64,000 nucleotides of DNA from Myxococcota bacterium (GCA_039030515.1 JBCCEA010000012.1:39546-103545); one strand, 5' to 3'. Counted from the first letter of the stretch, positions 21,267 to 32,626 are shown. Notes: generated from the letters alone by a model not told the origin. Made by a program: numbers and translations.

Positions 21267-22486
21267 GAGGACGTCCCTTGAAGCAGTGGCGGATCGAGCA
21301 GAATGTCTTCGATCGCGGCGAGCCCTTCGTCGAGCTCTTCTCGGGTCACGTTCAGTGCAGGAACGAAACGTAGGACGTTGCCTCCCGCGAGCGTGAGCAG
21401 AACCCTTCGCTTTCGGAGTGCTGCGATCATGCCAGCGGGATCGATTCCATCGGCCAGCTCTAACCCCCGAAGGAGACCCCGTCCTCGCGCATCGACAAAC
21501 ACATCCGACTTATCGACGAGTCGATTTAAGTGCTGGCCAAGGTAGCGTCCCTGTACTTCAGAGCGCTCGACCAAATCTTCTTCCTCAAAGATATCAAGTA
21601 CGGCCAAACCAGCGGCACAGGCTAGGGGATTCCCTCCGAACGTACTCGCGTGACTGCCCGGAGGCAGACCCCCCTCAACCTTCAAGGTCACGGCCATCGC
21701 GGAGAGAGGAAATCCGCCGGCGATGCCCTTGGCCAGCGAACACGCATCTGGCATCACTCCGCTATGCTCGCGACAGAGGAAACGCCCGGTGCGTCCGTAT
21801 CCGGTTTGTACCTCATCGAACATCAACAGGGCACCTCGCTCGTCGCACAATTGGCGTAGTGCGACCAAATACGCGTTCTCGGGGACGCGCACGCCTCCCT
21901 CGGCCTGAATCGGCTCAACGATGACGGCAGCGGTACGTTCACCCACCACCTGCCGCATGGCTTCGATATCGTCGTACTCCACAAAGCGCACTCCAGGCAG
22001 CAGAGGCTCCATGCCAAGATGATACTTGGACTGCCCTGTGACGCTGAGGGCTCCCATGCTTCGTCCATGAAAACTACGGTGGGTCGCCACAAACTCCACC
22101 CGCTCTTGATGGCCGCGCTCCCAATGCCAACGACGACTCAGCTTCATCAGCGCTTCGTTCGCTTCGGTACCGCTATTGCCGAAATACACTCGGCTAAAGC
22201 CGGTTTTGGCTACGATTCGACGACTCAGTTCGATTGCGCGGTCATTGTAAAATAAATTTGAAGTGTGAACGAGCCGGGCACTCTGCTTCGCAATGTCCCG
22301 GGCAAGGCGAGGATGAGCATGTCCCACGGAGAGCACCGCGATGCCTCCCGTCAGGTCTAAAAAGCGGGTTCCTTCGACATCCCAAACGTGGCGTCCTTCT
22401 CCGCGCGTGAGAACCATAGGCGCCGGGCGGTAATTGCGCATCGAGGTGTGTTCTGCTTGCAGTCGGAGTTCCTCGTTGGAAGTCAT
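21263..22486 (-). CDS. argD: Acetylornithine aminotransferase
   Basis: NSGTEANE, FHGR, EPIQAEGG, DEVQTG, AKGIAGG; overlaps argF start. Confidence 0.93.
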   Translation of the reverse strand: MTSNEELRLQAEHTSMRNYRPAPMVLTRGEGRHVWDVEGTRFLDLTGGIAVLSVGHAHPRLARDIAKQSARLVHTSNLFYNDRAIELSRRIVAKTGFSRVYFGNSGTEANEALMKLSRRWHWERGHQERVEFVATHRSFHGRSMGALSVTGQSKYHLGMEPLLPGVRFVEYDDIEAMRQVVGERTAAVIVEPIQAEGGVRVPENAYLVALRQLCDERGALLMFDEVQTGYGRTGRFLCREHSGVMPDACSLAKGIAGGFPLSAMAVTLKVEGGLPPGSHASTFGGNPLACAAGLAVLDIFEEEDLVERSEVQGRYLGQHLNRLVDKSDVFVDARGRGLLRGLELADGIDPAGMIAALRKRRVLLTLAGGNVLRFVPALNVTREELDEGLAAIEDILLDPPLLQGTSS

Positions 22487-22627
22487 CCTAAAGTCTTAGC
22501 ATGCCTAGACAACAGAGCGAGGCTAGCCAGGAGCGGACCTACCACTCGATCCTCGTAGGATAAAACCAAGCTATTGCGGAGGCGAAGGCCGGACGGCTGG
22601 AGACGAGTGTGCTAACTCGCTCGGGCG

Positions 22628-23500
22628 ATGGAGGCACTTGTACAAAAGGCACGCATTTTACATGAGGCTGTGCCTTATATTCGTCAGTTTCAGGGCAAGA
22701 TCGTCGTCATCAAGTACGGCGGCCACGCGATGATAGACGAAGACCTTCGCGATGGCTTTGCTCGGGATATCGTGCTGATGAAGTACGTAGGGCTCAATCC
22801 GGTCGTCGTACATGGCGGTGGACCACAAATCGACCGCAAACTCGAGTCGATCGGAGTCGCTTCGCAACGGCTCGACGGTTTGAGAATCACAGACGAGGCG
22901 ACCATGGAGGTCGTCGAGATGGTGCTGGGCGGAAGTGTAAATCAAGAGATCGTGTCGCTCATCGGGCGGCATGGGGGTCGGTCCGTGGGACTGACCGGGC
23001 GCGACGACCGCTTTCTGCGTGCTGAGAAGATCAAATCCATGCGAACCCGAAGTGGTCAGGAACTTGATCCCGGTCGGGTGGGCAGAATCGTCGAAGTTCA
23101 TCCCGATGTCGTTCAACGACTCGTCGAAGGCGGCTTCATTCCTGTAATCGCTCCGGTAGCGGTAGATGATGCCGGTCGCTCGCTCAACGTCAACGCAGAC
23201 ACTGTGGCTGGTCGAATCGCGGAGGCACTGCGGGCAAAAAAACTGGTCTTGATGACCGACATCGAGGGAGTGAAAGATGCAGATGGAACAGTCGTTAGCT
23301 CTCTGAATGCGAGAGGAGCAAGAGAACTCGAGGAGAAAGGCGTGATCGCCGGGGGAATGATTCCAAAAGTTCGATGCGCTCTCAATGCAGTACAGCGTGG
23401 GGTTCAAAAGGCCCACATTATCGACGGTCGCAACCAGCATGCGATGCTTCTCGAGATCTTCACTGACGAGGGTGTAGGCACCGAGCTCACCAATTCCTGA
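22628..23500 (+). CDS. argB: Acetylglutamate kinase
   Basis: VIKYGGHAM, VHGGGPQI, GLRITD, NVNAD, GGMIPK. Confidence 0.97.
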   Translation: MEALVQKARILHEAVPYIRQFQGKIVVIKYGGHAMIDEDLRDGFARDIVLMKYVGLNPVVVHGGGPQIDRKLESIGVASQRLDGLRITDEATMEVVEMVLGGSVNQEIVSLIGRHGGRSVGLTGRDDRFLRAEKIKSMRTRSGQELDPGRVGRIVEVHPDVVQRLVEGGFIPVIAPVAVDDAGRSLNVNADTVAGRIAEALRAKKLVLMTDIEGVKDADGTVVSSLNARGARELEEKGVIAGGMIPKVRCALNAVQRGVQKAHIIDGRNQHAMLLEIFTDEGVGTELTNS

Positions 23501-23561
23501 ACTCTTCGAATGGAGCGGGCCTAGGCAGTCTGCGTAGTCGCGGGAGCTACGGACATGCGGA

Positions 23562-24968
23562 CTAGAGAATGAAACGCTGTAGTTCTGAATTGTCCACGAT
23601 GGGCTTGAGCGTTCTATCGACGTATGCGGAGTCGACGACGACCGTATTGCCAGAACGCTCCGGCGCGGCAAAACTCAGTTCTTCCAGTAAAGCTTCCATA
23701 ATCGTATGAAGACGGCGGGCTCCGATATGCTCCGCTCGTTCGTTCGCCTCCGCTGCATAGCCTGCGATGGATTGAATCCCATCTGGAGTGAACTGGATGT
23801 CGAGTTCTTCTGTTGCAAGCAACGCGCTGTACTGACGCGTAAGCGAGTTTTTCGGTTCTGTCAGAATTCGGCACAGGTCATCACGACTAAGCGATTCAAG
23901 CTCGACTCGAATAGGAAAGCGACCCTGAAGTTCTGGGATTAAGTCAGACACATCGGTCACGTGAAACGCACCAGCCGCGATAAAGAGGATGTGATCCGTC
24001 TTGACCGAACCGTACTTGGTGCTGACGGTCGAGCCTTCCACGATGGGCAGTAAATCTCGCTGAACGCCTTCTCGGGAGATATCCGGACCCGATCCTGCCT
24101 GCGAGCGCCGAGCCACCTTATCGATTTCATCCAGAAATACGATACCGCTCTGCTCGGATCTCTGTATGGCTTCCCGATGCACTGCATCCGAATCGACAAG
24201 TTTATGGGCTTCCTGTTCCTCCAGAATCGGCCGAGCCTCAGAAACTTTTAGTTTTCTCAGATTCCTTTGGCTCTGAGCTTGCCCGAGCATATCTCTGAGA
24301 TTCAGGGTCATCTCTTCAGGACCGTGAGCACCGAACACGGTCATGAACGGATTTCCTTGGTCCTGGACGTCAATCTCGATTTCTTCATCTTCAAGCAGAC
24401 CCTGACGAAGTTCGCGGCGAATGGGATCGGCGCTGCGAGCATCCGGAGCCGGCTTTTCAGCGGTTGGGGCTGCGCCAAGCACAAAGGGTCCGATCATCTG
24501 CGGACCGCTGGTCGACAGGGTCGACTTCTTCGGTGTCGGAGCACGCTTTTCTACAAGAAGCTCTACGAGTCGCTCCTCGGCTTCGTCTTTGGCTTTAGCG
24601 CGTACTCGTGCCACTTCCTCTTGTCTCACCAAGTGCACGGCATGTTCGAGCAAATCCCGAATAATGGATTCGACATCTCTGCCGACATAGCCCACTTCAG
24701 TGAACTTACTGGCTTCTACCTTCACGAAGGGCGCCTTGGCCAGCTTTGCAAGGCGGCGGGCGATCTCGGTCTTGCCGCATCCGGTAGGCCCGATCATGAT
24801 GATATTTTTTGGAGATATCTCGTCTCGCAAGTCTTCGGAAACTTGTTGCCGACGCCAACGATTGCGGAGTGCTACCGCCACCGCTCGCTTGGCCTTTTGT
24901 TGCCCCACGATGTAGCGATCTAACTCGCTCACGATTTCACGGGGAGTGAAACTGCCTGCTACGCTCAC
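23562..24968 (-). CDS. hslU: ATP-dependent protease ATPase subunit HslU
   Basis: [48 protein letters not shown]. Confidence 0.97.
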   Translation of the reverse strand: MSVAGSFTPREIVSELDRYIVGQQKAKRAVAVALRNRWRRQQVSEDLRDEISPKNIIMIGPTGCGKTEIARRLAKLAKAPFVKVEASKFTEVGYVGRDVESIIRDLLEHAVHLVRQEEVARVRAKAKDEAEERLVELLVEKRAPTPKKSTLSTSGPQMIGPFVLGAAPTAEKPAPDARSADPIRRELRQGLLEDEEIEIDVQDQGNPFMTVFGAHGPEEMTLNLRDMLGQAQSQRNLRKLKVSEARPILEEQEAHKLVDSDAVHREAIQRSEQSGIVFLDEIDKVARRSQAGSGPDISREGVQRDLLPIVEGSTVSTKYGSVKTDHILFIAAGAFHVTDVSDLIPELQGRFPIRVELESLSRDDLCRILTEPKNSLTRQYSALLATEELDIQFTPDGIQSIAGYAAEANERAEHIGARRLHTIMEALLEELSFAAPERSGNTVVVDSAYVDRTLKPIVDNSELQRFIL

Positions 24969-25549
24969 GCTTCGAGCTCCTCCAGAACGATCTCACCGTT
25001 CGTGTAGATACATACCTCGGACGCGATTCGAAGGGATTCCCTCGCTACTTCACCGGCAGATAGCTTCGTGTGTCGAATAAGCGCCCTACCTGCAGAGAGC
25101 GCGTAACTTCCTCCCGAACCGATCGCCACGATACCTTCGTCTGGTTCGATCACATCACCAGTGCCGCTGAGCAGTAAGGTATGCTCTGCGTCCATCACCA
25201 AAAGCATCGCTTCGAGCCTGCGCAGGTAGCGGTCGGTCCGCCAGTCTTTCGCGAGTTCGACCGCAGCCCGAGTAAGCGTGTAGCGGTGCTCTTTCAGCTT
25301 TGCTTCAAATCTGTCCAGGAGAGTGAAGGCATCCGCGCTTGCTCCTGCAAATCCCGCGAGGACCCTCCCCTCAGCGATAGGCCGAACCTTGCGCGCTTGA
25401 GCCTTCATGATCGTTTGGCCGAGAGAAACCTGGCCATCTCCCGCCATAGCGGCCCGACCCTCTCGCCGCACAGCAACCACCGTGGTGGAGCGGAAGCGTG
25501 GCTGCGATTCATGGACTGAATACGGGTTCGTATCGAGATTGAAAGGCAC
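24965..25549 (-). CDS. hslV: ATP-dependent protease peptidase subunit HslV
   Basis: TTVVAVRR...[22 protein letters not shown]. Confidence 0.96.
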   Translation of the reverse strand: MPFNLDTNPYSVHESQPRFRSTTVVAVRREGRAAMAGDGQVSLGQTIMKAQARKVRPIAEGRVLAGFAGASADAFTLLDRFEAKLKEHRYTLTRAAVELAKDWRTDRYLRRLEAMLLVMDAEHTLLLSGTGDVIEPDEGIVAIGSGGSYALSAGRALIRHTKLSAGEVARESLRIASEVCIYTNGEIVLEELEA

Positions 25550-25629
25550 GAGCCTCGCAAGCTAAGAAGACGTTTACGGGATGTCAACCCCATCCCCGAA
25601 GGTCTCGCCTCGCGTTCGCGGTGTCCACG

Positions 25630-26688
25630 TTATTCCAGCCGGGACTCGTCTTGCGCGTAGGGCTCGCTCTCGGACGCACACTCTGACGCGATGAGTACCT
25701 CCCCCTCCCGCTGCTCGAGCGCTCCTTGTGCTCCAGGCGATGCCGCCGGTGGGGTGGCAGCGGCAGGCGTTCTGGTAGCGAGCGGATGTGCTCGGGTATA
25801 CGCCTCAGAGAGTCGATCGAGCGTCACATGGGTATACCGCTGCGTCGTCGAAAGCCGAGCGTGTCCTAACAAGCTCTGAACCGTGCGTAGATCCGCTCCT
25901 GCATCGAGCAGATGGGTCGCGCAAGAATGACGCAGTGCATGCGGATGCAGTTCGGTTTCTCCACTGCCCTGCACTCCGTAGCGCTGAACGATATTTTGAA
26001 CCTGTCGAACCGAGAGCGGAGTTCCGTGCCGGCCGAGAAATACGGCCTCCTCATGCTGACCACCTGTTTTCGGGTGCACGAGGGTGGAGCGTATCGCTAG
26101 GTAATTCCGCAGCGCGTCGACGGCACATCCTCCCAGAGGGACGATGCGTTCCCGATCCCCTTTTCCCACAACTCTGAGTTGCGCCTGATCGATCTGACAA
26201 CTGCCAAGCGTGAGCCCGGTAAGCTCCGAAACTCGAAGTCCGCATCCGTAAAGCACCTCGAGAAGAGCGCGATCTCGAAGCGCAAGGTTTGAAGCCCGCC
26301 GCGTGTCTTTCGAGGGAGCTTCGGTCACCTCGCAAGCCTGCTCGACCGAAAGGTACAGAGGAAGCTTGTCGCTCGCCCGAGGACGCTTCAGCTTCGCGGC
26401 CGGACTCGCTTCGACCAGTCCGCGCAGCATTAGGAAACGAAAAAAAGCGCGTAGTGCCGAGATGCTACGCGCGGTCGTGGCCGGCTGTCGATCGACCCTT
26501 GACGCGAGAAAGTCTCGTAGATCACGAGTCTGCAAAGAGCGGGCATCCGACACCGAGAGATCCTGCGTCGCAAAGTCCTGCAGGGCCCGCAGTTCGAAAC
26601 TGTAGGCCGAGACGGTGGCCGGGGAAGCGCGCCTTTCGAAACGCATGTACCCCAAAAAAGCCTCGACCTGCTCGGCCAAACAATCCAC
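25630..26688 (-). CDS. xerC: Tyrosine recombinase XerC
   Basis: RDRALLEVLYGCGLRVSEL, GKG, HPHALRHSCATHLL, LLGH...TTQRYTH; context trmFO-xerC-hslVU. Confidence 0.9.
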   Translation of the reverse strand: MDCLAEQVEAFLGYMRFERRASPATVSAYSFELRALQDFATQDLSVSDARSLQTRDLRDFLASRVDRQPATTARSISALRAFFRFLMLRGLVEASPAAKLKRPRASDKLPLYLSVEQACEVTEAPSKDTRRASNLALRDRALLEVLYGCGLRVSELTGLTLGSCQIDQAQLRVVGKGDRERIVPLGGCAVDALRNYLAIRSTLVHPKTGGQHEEAVFLGRHGTPLSVRQVQNIVQRYGVQGSGETELHPHALRHSCATHLLDAGADLRTVQSLLGHARLSTTQRYTHVTLDRLSEAYTRAHPLATRTPAAATPPAASPGAQGALEQREGEVLIASECASESEPYAQDESRLE

Positions 26689-26697
26689 TAGAAACGA

Positions 26698-28119
26698 TCA
26701 CCCACTGGGGACACAGGAAACTCCAGTGGGAGAGGAAACTCCAGAAATGATCGGATAGGTTTTTCGGTTTGCGGTTCGAACACCCTCAAATTCTCTTAGC
26801 TTTACAAGCCAATCCTCGAGAGCAGCGAGCGCGCGCTTCGCCATCCACTGCCGACGTTCACGCTTCTTGAGTCGAGGATCTTCCACCGCCGGGAACATAC
26901 TGAATACGACGTTGGATGGTTGAAAGTCTCTCACAACGCGACGCAGATGGTGATGTACCAGAGCACCGAGAGCCGTCTCGGGCGGAGGACGGCAGGCCGA
27001 ATGAGGCAATCCCGCTTGAGCGCACGCAAGTTCGATGCCCAAAACCAGACCACAAGCCGCACTCTCGACATAACCCTCAACACCCGCAAGCTGCCCAGCG
27101 ATGTACACCTTGTCTTGGGCCCGCAGGGAAAGATCGTCATTGAGCACTTCTGGAGCGTTGAGGAACGTATTGCGGTGAATACTACCGAGGCGCTGGAACT
27201 CAGCATTCGCTAGACCGGGGACCATGTGGAATACGCGTCTTTGCTCAGGCCAGGTCATACGCGTTTGGCATCCGACCAAGTTGTAGGCCGTGGCCGGATG
27301 ATCCTCGGGACGTAGCTGAAGTACCGCGTAAGGGCGCCTTCCCGTTCGCGGATCGGTCAGACCGACGGGTTTCATGCAGCCGAACGCCAGAGTCTTGGGG
27401 CCTCGGCGAGCGAGGACCTCGATGGGCAAACACCCTTCAAAGTAGCGCTCGCTTTCAAATTCTTTCGGGCGCACCTGATCCGCTGAGAGGATCGCGCTCA
27501 CGAAGGCCTCGTATTCGTCCTTGTCGAAAGGGCAGTTCACGTACGCGTCGTCGCCTCCCTTGTCATATCGAGAAGCGCGGAAGGCTCGAGTAAAATCGAT
27601 GGACTCAGCGCTGACCACCGGCGCAATGGCGTCGTAATAGGCGAGATGCTGTCTGCCGACCAAACGAGCTAGGTCCTCCGCCAGACCGTCCCCAGTAAGT
27701 GGTCCGGTCGCTAAGATCAACGGGCGATCTTTTGGCATGGCAGTGACCTGTACCGACTGGAGTTCGATAAGTGGATGGCTCTGAATGCGACGGGTGACTT
27801 CCTGAGAGAATTTCTCCCGATCCACCGCGAACGCCCCTCCTGCCGGGACACGTGTATCGTCTCCAACCGTCATAATGAGCGATCCACTTCGCCTCATTTC
27901 CTCCTTCAGGAGTCCCACTGCATTGCCCAAGTCCGCTCCCCGAAAGGAGTTCGAGCAGACTAGCTCCGCAAGAGAGTCACTCTGCTGCGCCGATGTGCGT
28001 CGCTCCGGCTTTTGCTCGAGCAGTCGAACGCGGAGCCCTCGCTCGGCAAGCTGAAAAGCGCATTCCGTTCCGGCGAGACCAGCACCAACAATCGTAAAAT
28101 CGGGAGAAACCGTATCCAT
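26698..28119 (-). CDS. trmFO: tRNA (uracil-54) methyltransferase TrmFO (Gid)
   Basis: [49 protein letters not shown]. Confidence 0.96.
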   Translation of the reverse strand: MDTVSPDFTIVGAGLAGTECAFQLAERGLRVRLLEQKPERRTSAQQSDSLAELVCSNSFRGADLGNAVGLLKEEMRRSGSLIMTVGDDTRVPAGGAFAVDREKFSQEVTRRIQSHPLIELQSVQVTAMPKDRPLILATGPLTGDGLAEDLARLVGRQHLAYYDAIAPVVSAESIDFTRAFRASRYDKGGDDAYVNCPFDKDEYEAFVSAILSADQVRPKEFESERYFEGCLPIEVLARRGPKTLAFGCMKPVGLTDPRTGRRPYAVLQLRPEDHPATAYNLVGCQTRMTWPEQRRVFHMVPGLANAEFQRLGSIHRNTFLNAPEVLNDDLSLRAQDKVYIAGQLAGVEGYVESAACGLVLGIELACAQAGLPHSACRPPPETALGALVHHHLRRVVRDFQPSNVVFSMFPAVEDPRLKKRERRQWMAKRALAALEDWLVKLREFEGVRTANRKTYPIISGVSSPTGVSCVPSG

Positions 28120-28124
28120 AAAAT

Positions 28125-29093
28125 CTATTTTGACCTCTTTACCGAGCGAAAATGCCCCGGAGACTCTTCGACCAGCAGCTCTCGAAGCATGAGGGCAAGC
28201 AGTACTCGCTGCACGTGGTGAATCGGCTTTGTAAGCTCTAGGGACAGCTCCTCTGCACTGATCGACCGCCCCACACAGGCCAGAAGCACCTCGCGATCTT
28301 CCGCCGGGAGCGATGCGTCCAGTGATGACTCAAGATCCGTAGAGCCGCTGAACTCGTCAGGCTCCAAGCGAGAGATCGAATTCAAATCGAGTTGAGGACC
28401 GTTTTGAGGTAGAGGTTCTGTGAACGTGTCGGTGATCGATCGAGGGCCCAGGCAGGGTTTTGCTCCTTTGCCAAGCAGAGCCAACCCTCCCGCGCCGCGC
28501 GGATCCCATGGAGATGCGGGAACCGCCAGTACGGGCACCCCAAGACGCATCGCAACTCGGGCGGTAGAAAGCGCCCCCGAACGCAAAGGCGCCTGTACTA
28601 CGACCAACGCATGCGAAAAGGCAGCGATAAGACGGTTGCGTTCGATAAATCGAGACGGCCTCGGAACCGCACCGTCTTCGAGCTCGGAGATCAAGGCGCC
28701 GCTAGTTTGGATACGCCGAAACAAAGCTTGATTTTGAGCCGGGTAACAAGGAGCAAAACCGGTCGGAAGCACCGCCCATGTCGCACCACCGGCAGAAAGA
28801 GCGCCGCGATGCGCCGCAGCATCGATTCCCAATGCGCCTCCCGAAACGACGCATGCATCGAGGGAGGCCAGGTCGCGCGACAGGGATTCCGCAAAGTCCA
28901 ATGCCGATACATCGGCCCGCCTAGTCCCGACGATGGCTACGCGTCGCTGTCCGAGTGAATCAGCGATGGATCCGAGGACACGAAGTTCACGCGGAGGACG
29001 CCGCAGTGCGGAAAGACCGGTTGGCCAGAGCTCATTGCCCCAGCGCGCGTCCCCGGGGCGTAGATGCAAAGGACATGAATCTCGGTGTTCCAT
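28125..29093 (-). CDS. dprA: DNA-processing protein DprA
   Basis: [36 protein letters not shown]. Confidence 0.93.
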   Translation of the reverse strand: MEHRDSCPLHLRPGDARWGNELWPTGLSALRRPPRELRVLGSIADSLGQRRVAIVGTRRADVSALDFAESLSRDLASLDACVVSGGALGIDAAAHRGALSAGGATWAVLPTGFAPCYPAQNQALFRRIQTSGALISELEDGAVPRPSRFIERNRLIAAFSHALVVVQAPLRSGALSTARVAMRLGVPVLAVPASPWDPRGAGGLALLGKGAKPCLGPRSITDTFTEPLPQNGPQLDLNSISRLEPDEFSGSTDLESSLDASLPAEDREVLLACVGRSISAEELSLELTKPIHHVQRVLLALMLRELLVEESPGHFRSVKRSK

Positions 29094-29218
29094 GAGAACT
29101 TATCGCCCTCAGAACCTCTGAGTTTCTTGTTTTCCCGGATTTATGAGATCAGCGTGCGTCGACTGCGTAGCCAACCGTTTTTTTGACGGATAAAGGCTCG
29201 GTGGACTCCATCGTTTCG

Positions 29219-29761
29219 ATGAACAACTCCGAAATATGGTGGCTCGTAACTGCAGGAGCAGTCTTTGGCCTCGGAGTATACGCGCAAAGCGTGATCCATC
29301 GATTGCGCCGAACGTGGCACTTGAGGCGCATGAAGCGCAGAGCGAGTAAAGGTGAACGATGCGCAGAGCGTATGCTGGTCCTTGAGGGCTACCAAATCAC
29401 CCGACGGCAGCCCGTACATACCTACAGTCTGGAAGTGGATGGGAAGGTTCAGAACTTTACGGTTCGTGCAGATCTTCTCGTGAAACGGGGGCGCCAATCT
29501 TTTGTGGCAGAGATCAAGACCGGCAAAGACGCACCGCACATCGGACACCGCAGCACGCGCCGCCAAATCCTAGAGTACGCACTCGCCTATGATGTATCAG
29601 GAATTCTGCTGGTGGACGCGGACCAGGGGACCGTTCGACAGGTGCAGGTTCCATGGCGCCGGCGTTCGTCGAGCTCGGGGTGGCTGTTCATCCTCGTGTT
29701 CACCGCTGCGGTCGCGATCGGCTGGTGGCTCGGCAGTGAACTACCTCGAGGCATCAAGTAG
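29219..29761 (+). CDS. Membrane-anchored PD-(D/E)xK nuclease-like protein
   Basis: E...'ADLLV'...'AEIKTG'...'RQILEY' pattern; hydrophobic segments at both termini. Confidence 0.65.
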   Translation: MNNSEIWWLVTAGAVFGLGVYAQSVIHRLRRTWHLRRMKRRASKGERCAERMLVLEGYQITRRQPVHTYSLEVDGKVQNFTVRADLLVKRGRQSFVAEIKTGKDAPHIGHRSTRRQILEYALAYDVSGILLVDADQGTVRQVQVPWRRRSSSSGWLFILVFTAAVAIGWWLGSELPRGIK

Positions 29762-29770
29762 AGGCTTTTT

Positions 29771-30118
29771 CTACACGTCTGAGCTGTGGTCTCCACCTGA
29801 AACCGGTACTGATTGGCGCCCTTTGACTGTACGCCATCGATACAAGCGCCGCGGCCAGGACAGTTCCGGGGTACGCGGCCGCTTTCGATACCGCACGCGG
29901 AGAAACGCTCTCGCGTGGCTCAACATCCAATCTGGCGGTGCGCTCGCGCTGGTCCAATCCGTAAGTGAGCTAGTGCCGTCCTTCAGCCAAATCGTCGCAG
30001 TCGGCCGATAGGTCTCGTCTGGCGCACTCGGAACCGTTTCTTACGGGACCGCTGATGCGCAGAGCTCGCGACGAGTCCGCAGAGTGCGTCCGCTCAAGGC
30101 TTGAACCGAAGCATTCAT
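29771..30118 (-). pseudogene. Small gene interrupted by a single in-frame TAA (30043-30041)
   Basis: ATG overlaps the upstream stop (TGATG). The frame continues 89 codons past the TAA (...PPDWMLSHARAFLR...WPRRLYRWR) to TAG at 29773-29771. Confidence 0.45.
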
Positions 30119-32352
30119 CAGTCCGATTCCGGGCTTTCGGTGGTGGTCGATGGAGCCGAGGCGGTTTCCTCCACCGGATCCGTCGTGGGCGCGAGCACGA
30201 TGGTCGGCGTTGGAATCAACGATTCCTCTCCAGCAGCATCCGCAATCGCTCGAGCGATCGCGTCTTCTACAGTACCGGAAAAGACATCTTCATCGGATGC
30301 GACGGCCAACTGAGAAATCCCCCCGTATCGATCGACAGCAACTTGGGTTCCATCGGGCATCCGGTACGCGGCTATCTCCTTGTCGAACTTGGGAACCGCA
30401 TGTTCTATCGGCTTGCTCTGACGACCCCGAATGCGACCAGGGATCACTTCCACTGGGATAGGCTCATTCAAGTGAAAGACGTAGCCGCCTTCTTCGAGAT
30501 CCAACGAGTAGCTTGTTCCCTCCACCTCCAAAGGTAGGCTGTACGCGACATGCTGCTGACCGCGACGCTCATGGGGGCGATGCGCCAAAACAAAGGACAT
30601 CAGCCGCACGGCGATATGATTGTGTAGGCGATGACACCCGTGAGAGTGCCTTCGCATGATGCTCATGTAGTCCACGGATCCGTGAATGCGAATTCCTTCA
30701 TCACGACCGATCTGTATCTTCCCCTCATCGTCTCGATAAAAGAGGCGATGGTAGGCCGCGACAAGCCCGTACGCTGAAGCATAGGAGGGGCCGGTTTCGT
30801 GGTAGTTGACTTCATACCGGTCGCGCCGGCGCGTGAGCAACGCAAGTGGAGGCGTCGAAGCTGGCGGAAACCAGACCGGAGCGGCCACAATCTGATGCCA
30901 CACCCGCTCGCCCACGGGAGAGTTTTTGTATCGCCACATCTCGGTACCTTCAACGAGCTCGGTCCTCCATCCACCGATGGTCGTTCCAAACTCAGCGATA
31001 GGAATTCTCTGATTCAGGTAGTACACAAAAACTCTGGTCCGAGGCCGGCGGCTCGTCGCTTGGATGCGCTTGTTTCCCTCCTCGTCATAGGGAAACTCGT
31101 ACCAAACGTCTCCACGATCGATCTCCACTCGCAGATCCATATTTCCCGAGTAGTAGTCTGGCAGCTCCAGCGCAGAGACGGCCACCAGGCGGTGTTCCCC
31201 AGCTTCTAGCGGCCCAATTTCCTCCAAAAAGGCGCGGGTTTCCTCTACACTTTCAATACCAAACGAACGCACGAGTATCGCCCGCAGTTCGGATGCGAGA
31301 TCTCGAACTTCCCGCGTCTGGCCACCTCGGTCCAGGTACTGAGGCATCAGTCCTCCCTCAGTGCGCACGCTGCCATCTTCGATCACGCCAGCTGCATGAA
31401 TTGCCCGTTCGACCAGGACACGGAGTACGGCTTCACGCTCTGCTTCAAGCGGATTGAGGCGCAGCATCGAAAGCGTTTCTCCTCCCAGAAACCCCCACCC
31501 ATAGACCCGGTGACGCCGCTCAAACTCGGCAAGCGCCTCATGGGTTGCCCAGTCGAAGGCCCCTGCAGTGTAGCGGCCTTTACCTTCAAAAAAACCTTCG
31601 CATTCCAGACGTCGTTGTGCCGCCCGAACCGCAAAAGCCGCGGGGGACTCTTCAAAATAGCGATCCATCCGTTGCCGATCGCTGCTGCTCAGATCCTCAA
31701 GTGTGAGGTCGGACGGTTCCGCTACCCCTGCCTCGCGTAGAATCTCGGCGACTTGGCTCTCGAGATCGGAAAAGCGGCGCGCGGTCCGTTCTGCTTCGGC
31801 AGAGCTGCGATAGGCCAAAAAGCCCTCAAAGTTTCCGAGTACATCCAGATCATCTTGAGCGACGCAACCGAGCGCTCCGGCCTGCTGCATGCGTTCTCGC
31901 AGCACCTTCAGCGTTGGAGGTATCCCGTAGAGCTCCAGATACTTGTCGCGACGAGCCCGTGCACCGTGATGATCATCTGGAAACGCTGCCCGAGACAGTG
32001 CCAAGTAGGTTTCGCGATAGCGATTGGGCATTCGCTCCGAGCCACGGTGATCCTGCTCCGAAAAAAGATAGGGAGTCCAAACTTCTCCTAGATCTACCAC
32101 CAGCAGCCCCTCGTCCTCTGCTCGTGAAACATCCACTTCACGAACGACTTCTCCGTCAGCGTAGACGGGCACTGGATGGCGAGGCTGAGCGCGGGGCGGC
32201 TCGACCGACGGCGAAACCGGAGAGCGATCCGAAGCTTGGTCGCTTAACTCTTGACCGCTGGACTCCTGATCTCTGGGAACGGGAACGAACTCTTCGTCTT
32301 CTCGATCGCATCCCGAAACCAAGGCAAGGCTCAAAACGAGTGACAGACGCAT
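30118..32352 (-). CDS. L,D-transpeptidase-family lipoprotein with peptidoglycan-binding-like domain
   Basis: Lipobox LVSG-C after MRLSLVL; 'GAFDWATHEALAEFE' PG-binding-like segment; catalytic 'IRIHGS...HSHGCHRL'. Confidence 0.8.
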   Translation of the reverse strand: MRLSLVLSLALVSGCDREDEEFVPVPRDQESSGQELSDQASDRSPVSPSVEPPRAQPRHPVPVYADGEVVREVDVSRAEDEGLLVVDLGEVWTPYLFSEQDHRGSERMPNRYRETYLALSRAAFPDDHHGARARRDKYLELYGIPPTLKVLRERMQQAGALGCVAQDDLDVLGNFEGFLAYRSSAEAERTARRFSDLESQVAEILREAGVAEPSDLTLEDLSSSDRQRMDRYFEESPAAFAVRAAQRRLECEGFFEGKGRYTAGAFDWATHEALAEFERRHRVYGWGFLGGETLSMLRLNPLEAEREAVLRVLVERAIHAAGVIEDGSVRTEGGLMPQYLDRGGQTREVRDLASELRAILVRSFGIESVEETRAFLEEIGPLEAGEHRLVAVSALELPDYYSGNMDLRVEIDRGDVWYEFPYDEEGNKRIQATSRRPRTRVFVYYLNQRIPIAEFGTTIGGWRTELVEGTEMWRYKNSPVGERVWHQIVAAPVWFPPASTPPLALLTRRRDRYEVNYHETGPSYASAYGLVAAYHRLFYRDDEGKIQIGRDEGIRIHGSVDYMSIMRRHSHGCHRLHNHIAVRLMSFVLAHRPHERRGQQHVAYSLPLEVEGTSYSLDLEEGGYVFHLNEPIPVEVIPGRIRGRQSKPIEHAVPKFDKEIAAYRMPDGTQVAVDRYGGISQLAVASDEDVFSGTVEDAIARAIADAAGEESLIPTPTIVLAPTTDPVEETASAPSTTTESPESD

Positions 32353-32587
32353 CGCCAGCAAACCAACTGTCTTATTAGGAAACAAGACCAGGTATCGAGT
32401 CGCATGACGAATAGACGCGGTTGGAAGTTGGCTTTGTGTCATCAGAACAGCCTCTGCAGGTTTGCACCAACAGGGTTGCCTTACAAATTATGGGCCACGA
32501 GCAAAAGATCCGGAAACCACCACACTTAGAGGCATCTCTCACGCTATCACTGTGGCAGTCTCTACACGGATCTGTGGTTCAAACGGG

Positions 32588-32626
32588 ACTTGACTCACCC
32601 ACGATCCCGGCCATAGTGAGTGAAGT
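32588..32626 (+). promoter_or_regulatory. Candidate sigma70-type promoter overlapped by an inverted repeat
   Basis: TTGACT(32590)-N16-CATAGT within ACTTGACTCAC-N17-GTGAGTGAAGT (10/11 inverted repeat). Confidence 0.35.

Noticed and set aside
22658..23671. 337-aa minus-strand ORF
   Set aside because: Antisense shadow of argB with no motifs.
25487..25549. HslV N-terminal extension before the catalytic Thr
   Set aside because: Short propeptides are common in HslV proteins.
25630..26688. Tyrosine recombinase as a prophage or island integrase
   Set aside because: Housekeeping context (trmFO-xerC-hslVU); no att sites or phage genes seen.
30570..30700. HSHG in the L,D-transpeptidase as an Hxs-related motif
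   Set aside because: It is the standard SHGC catalytic motif of L,D-transpeptidases.
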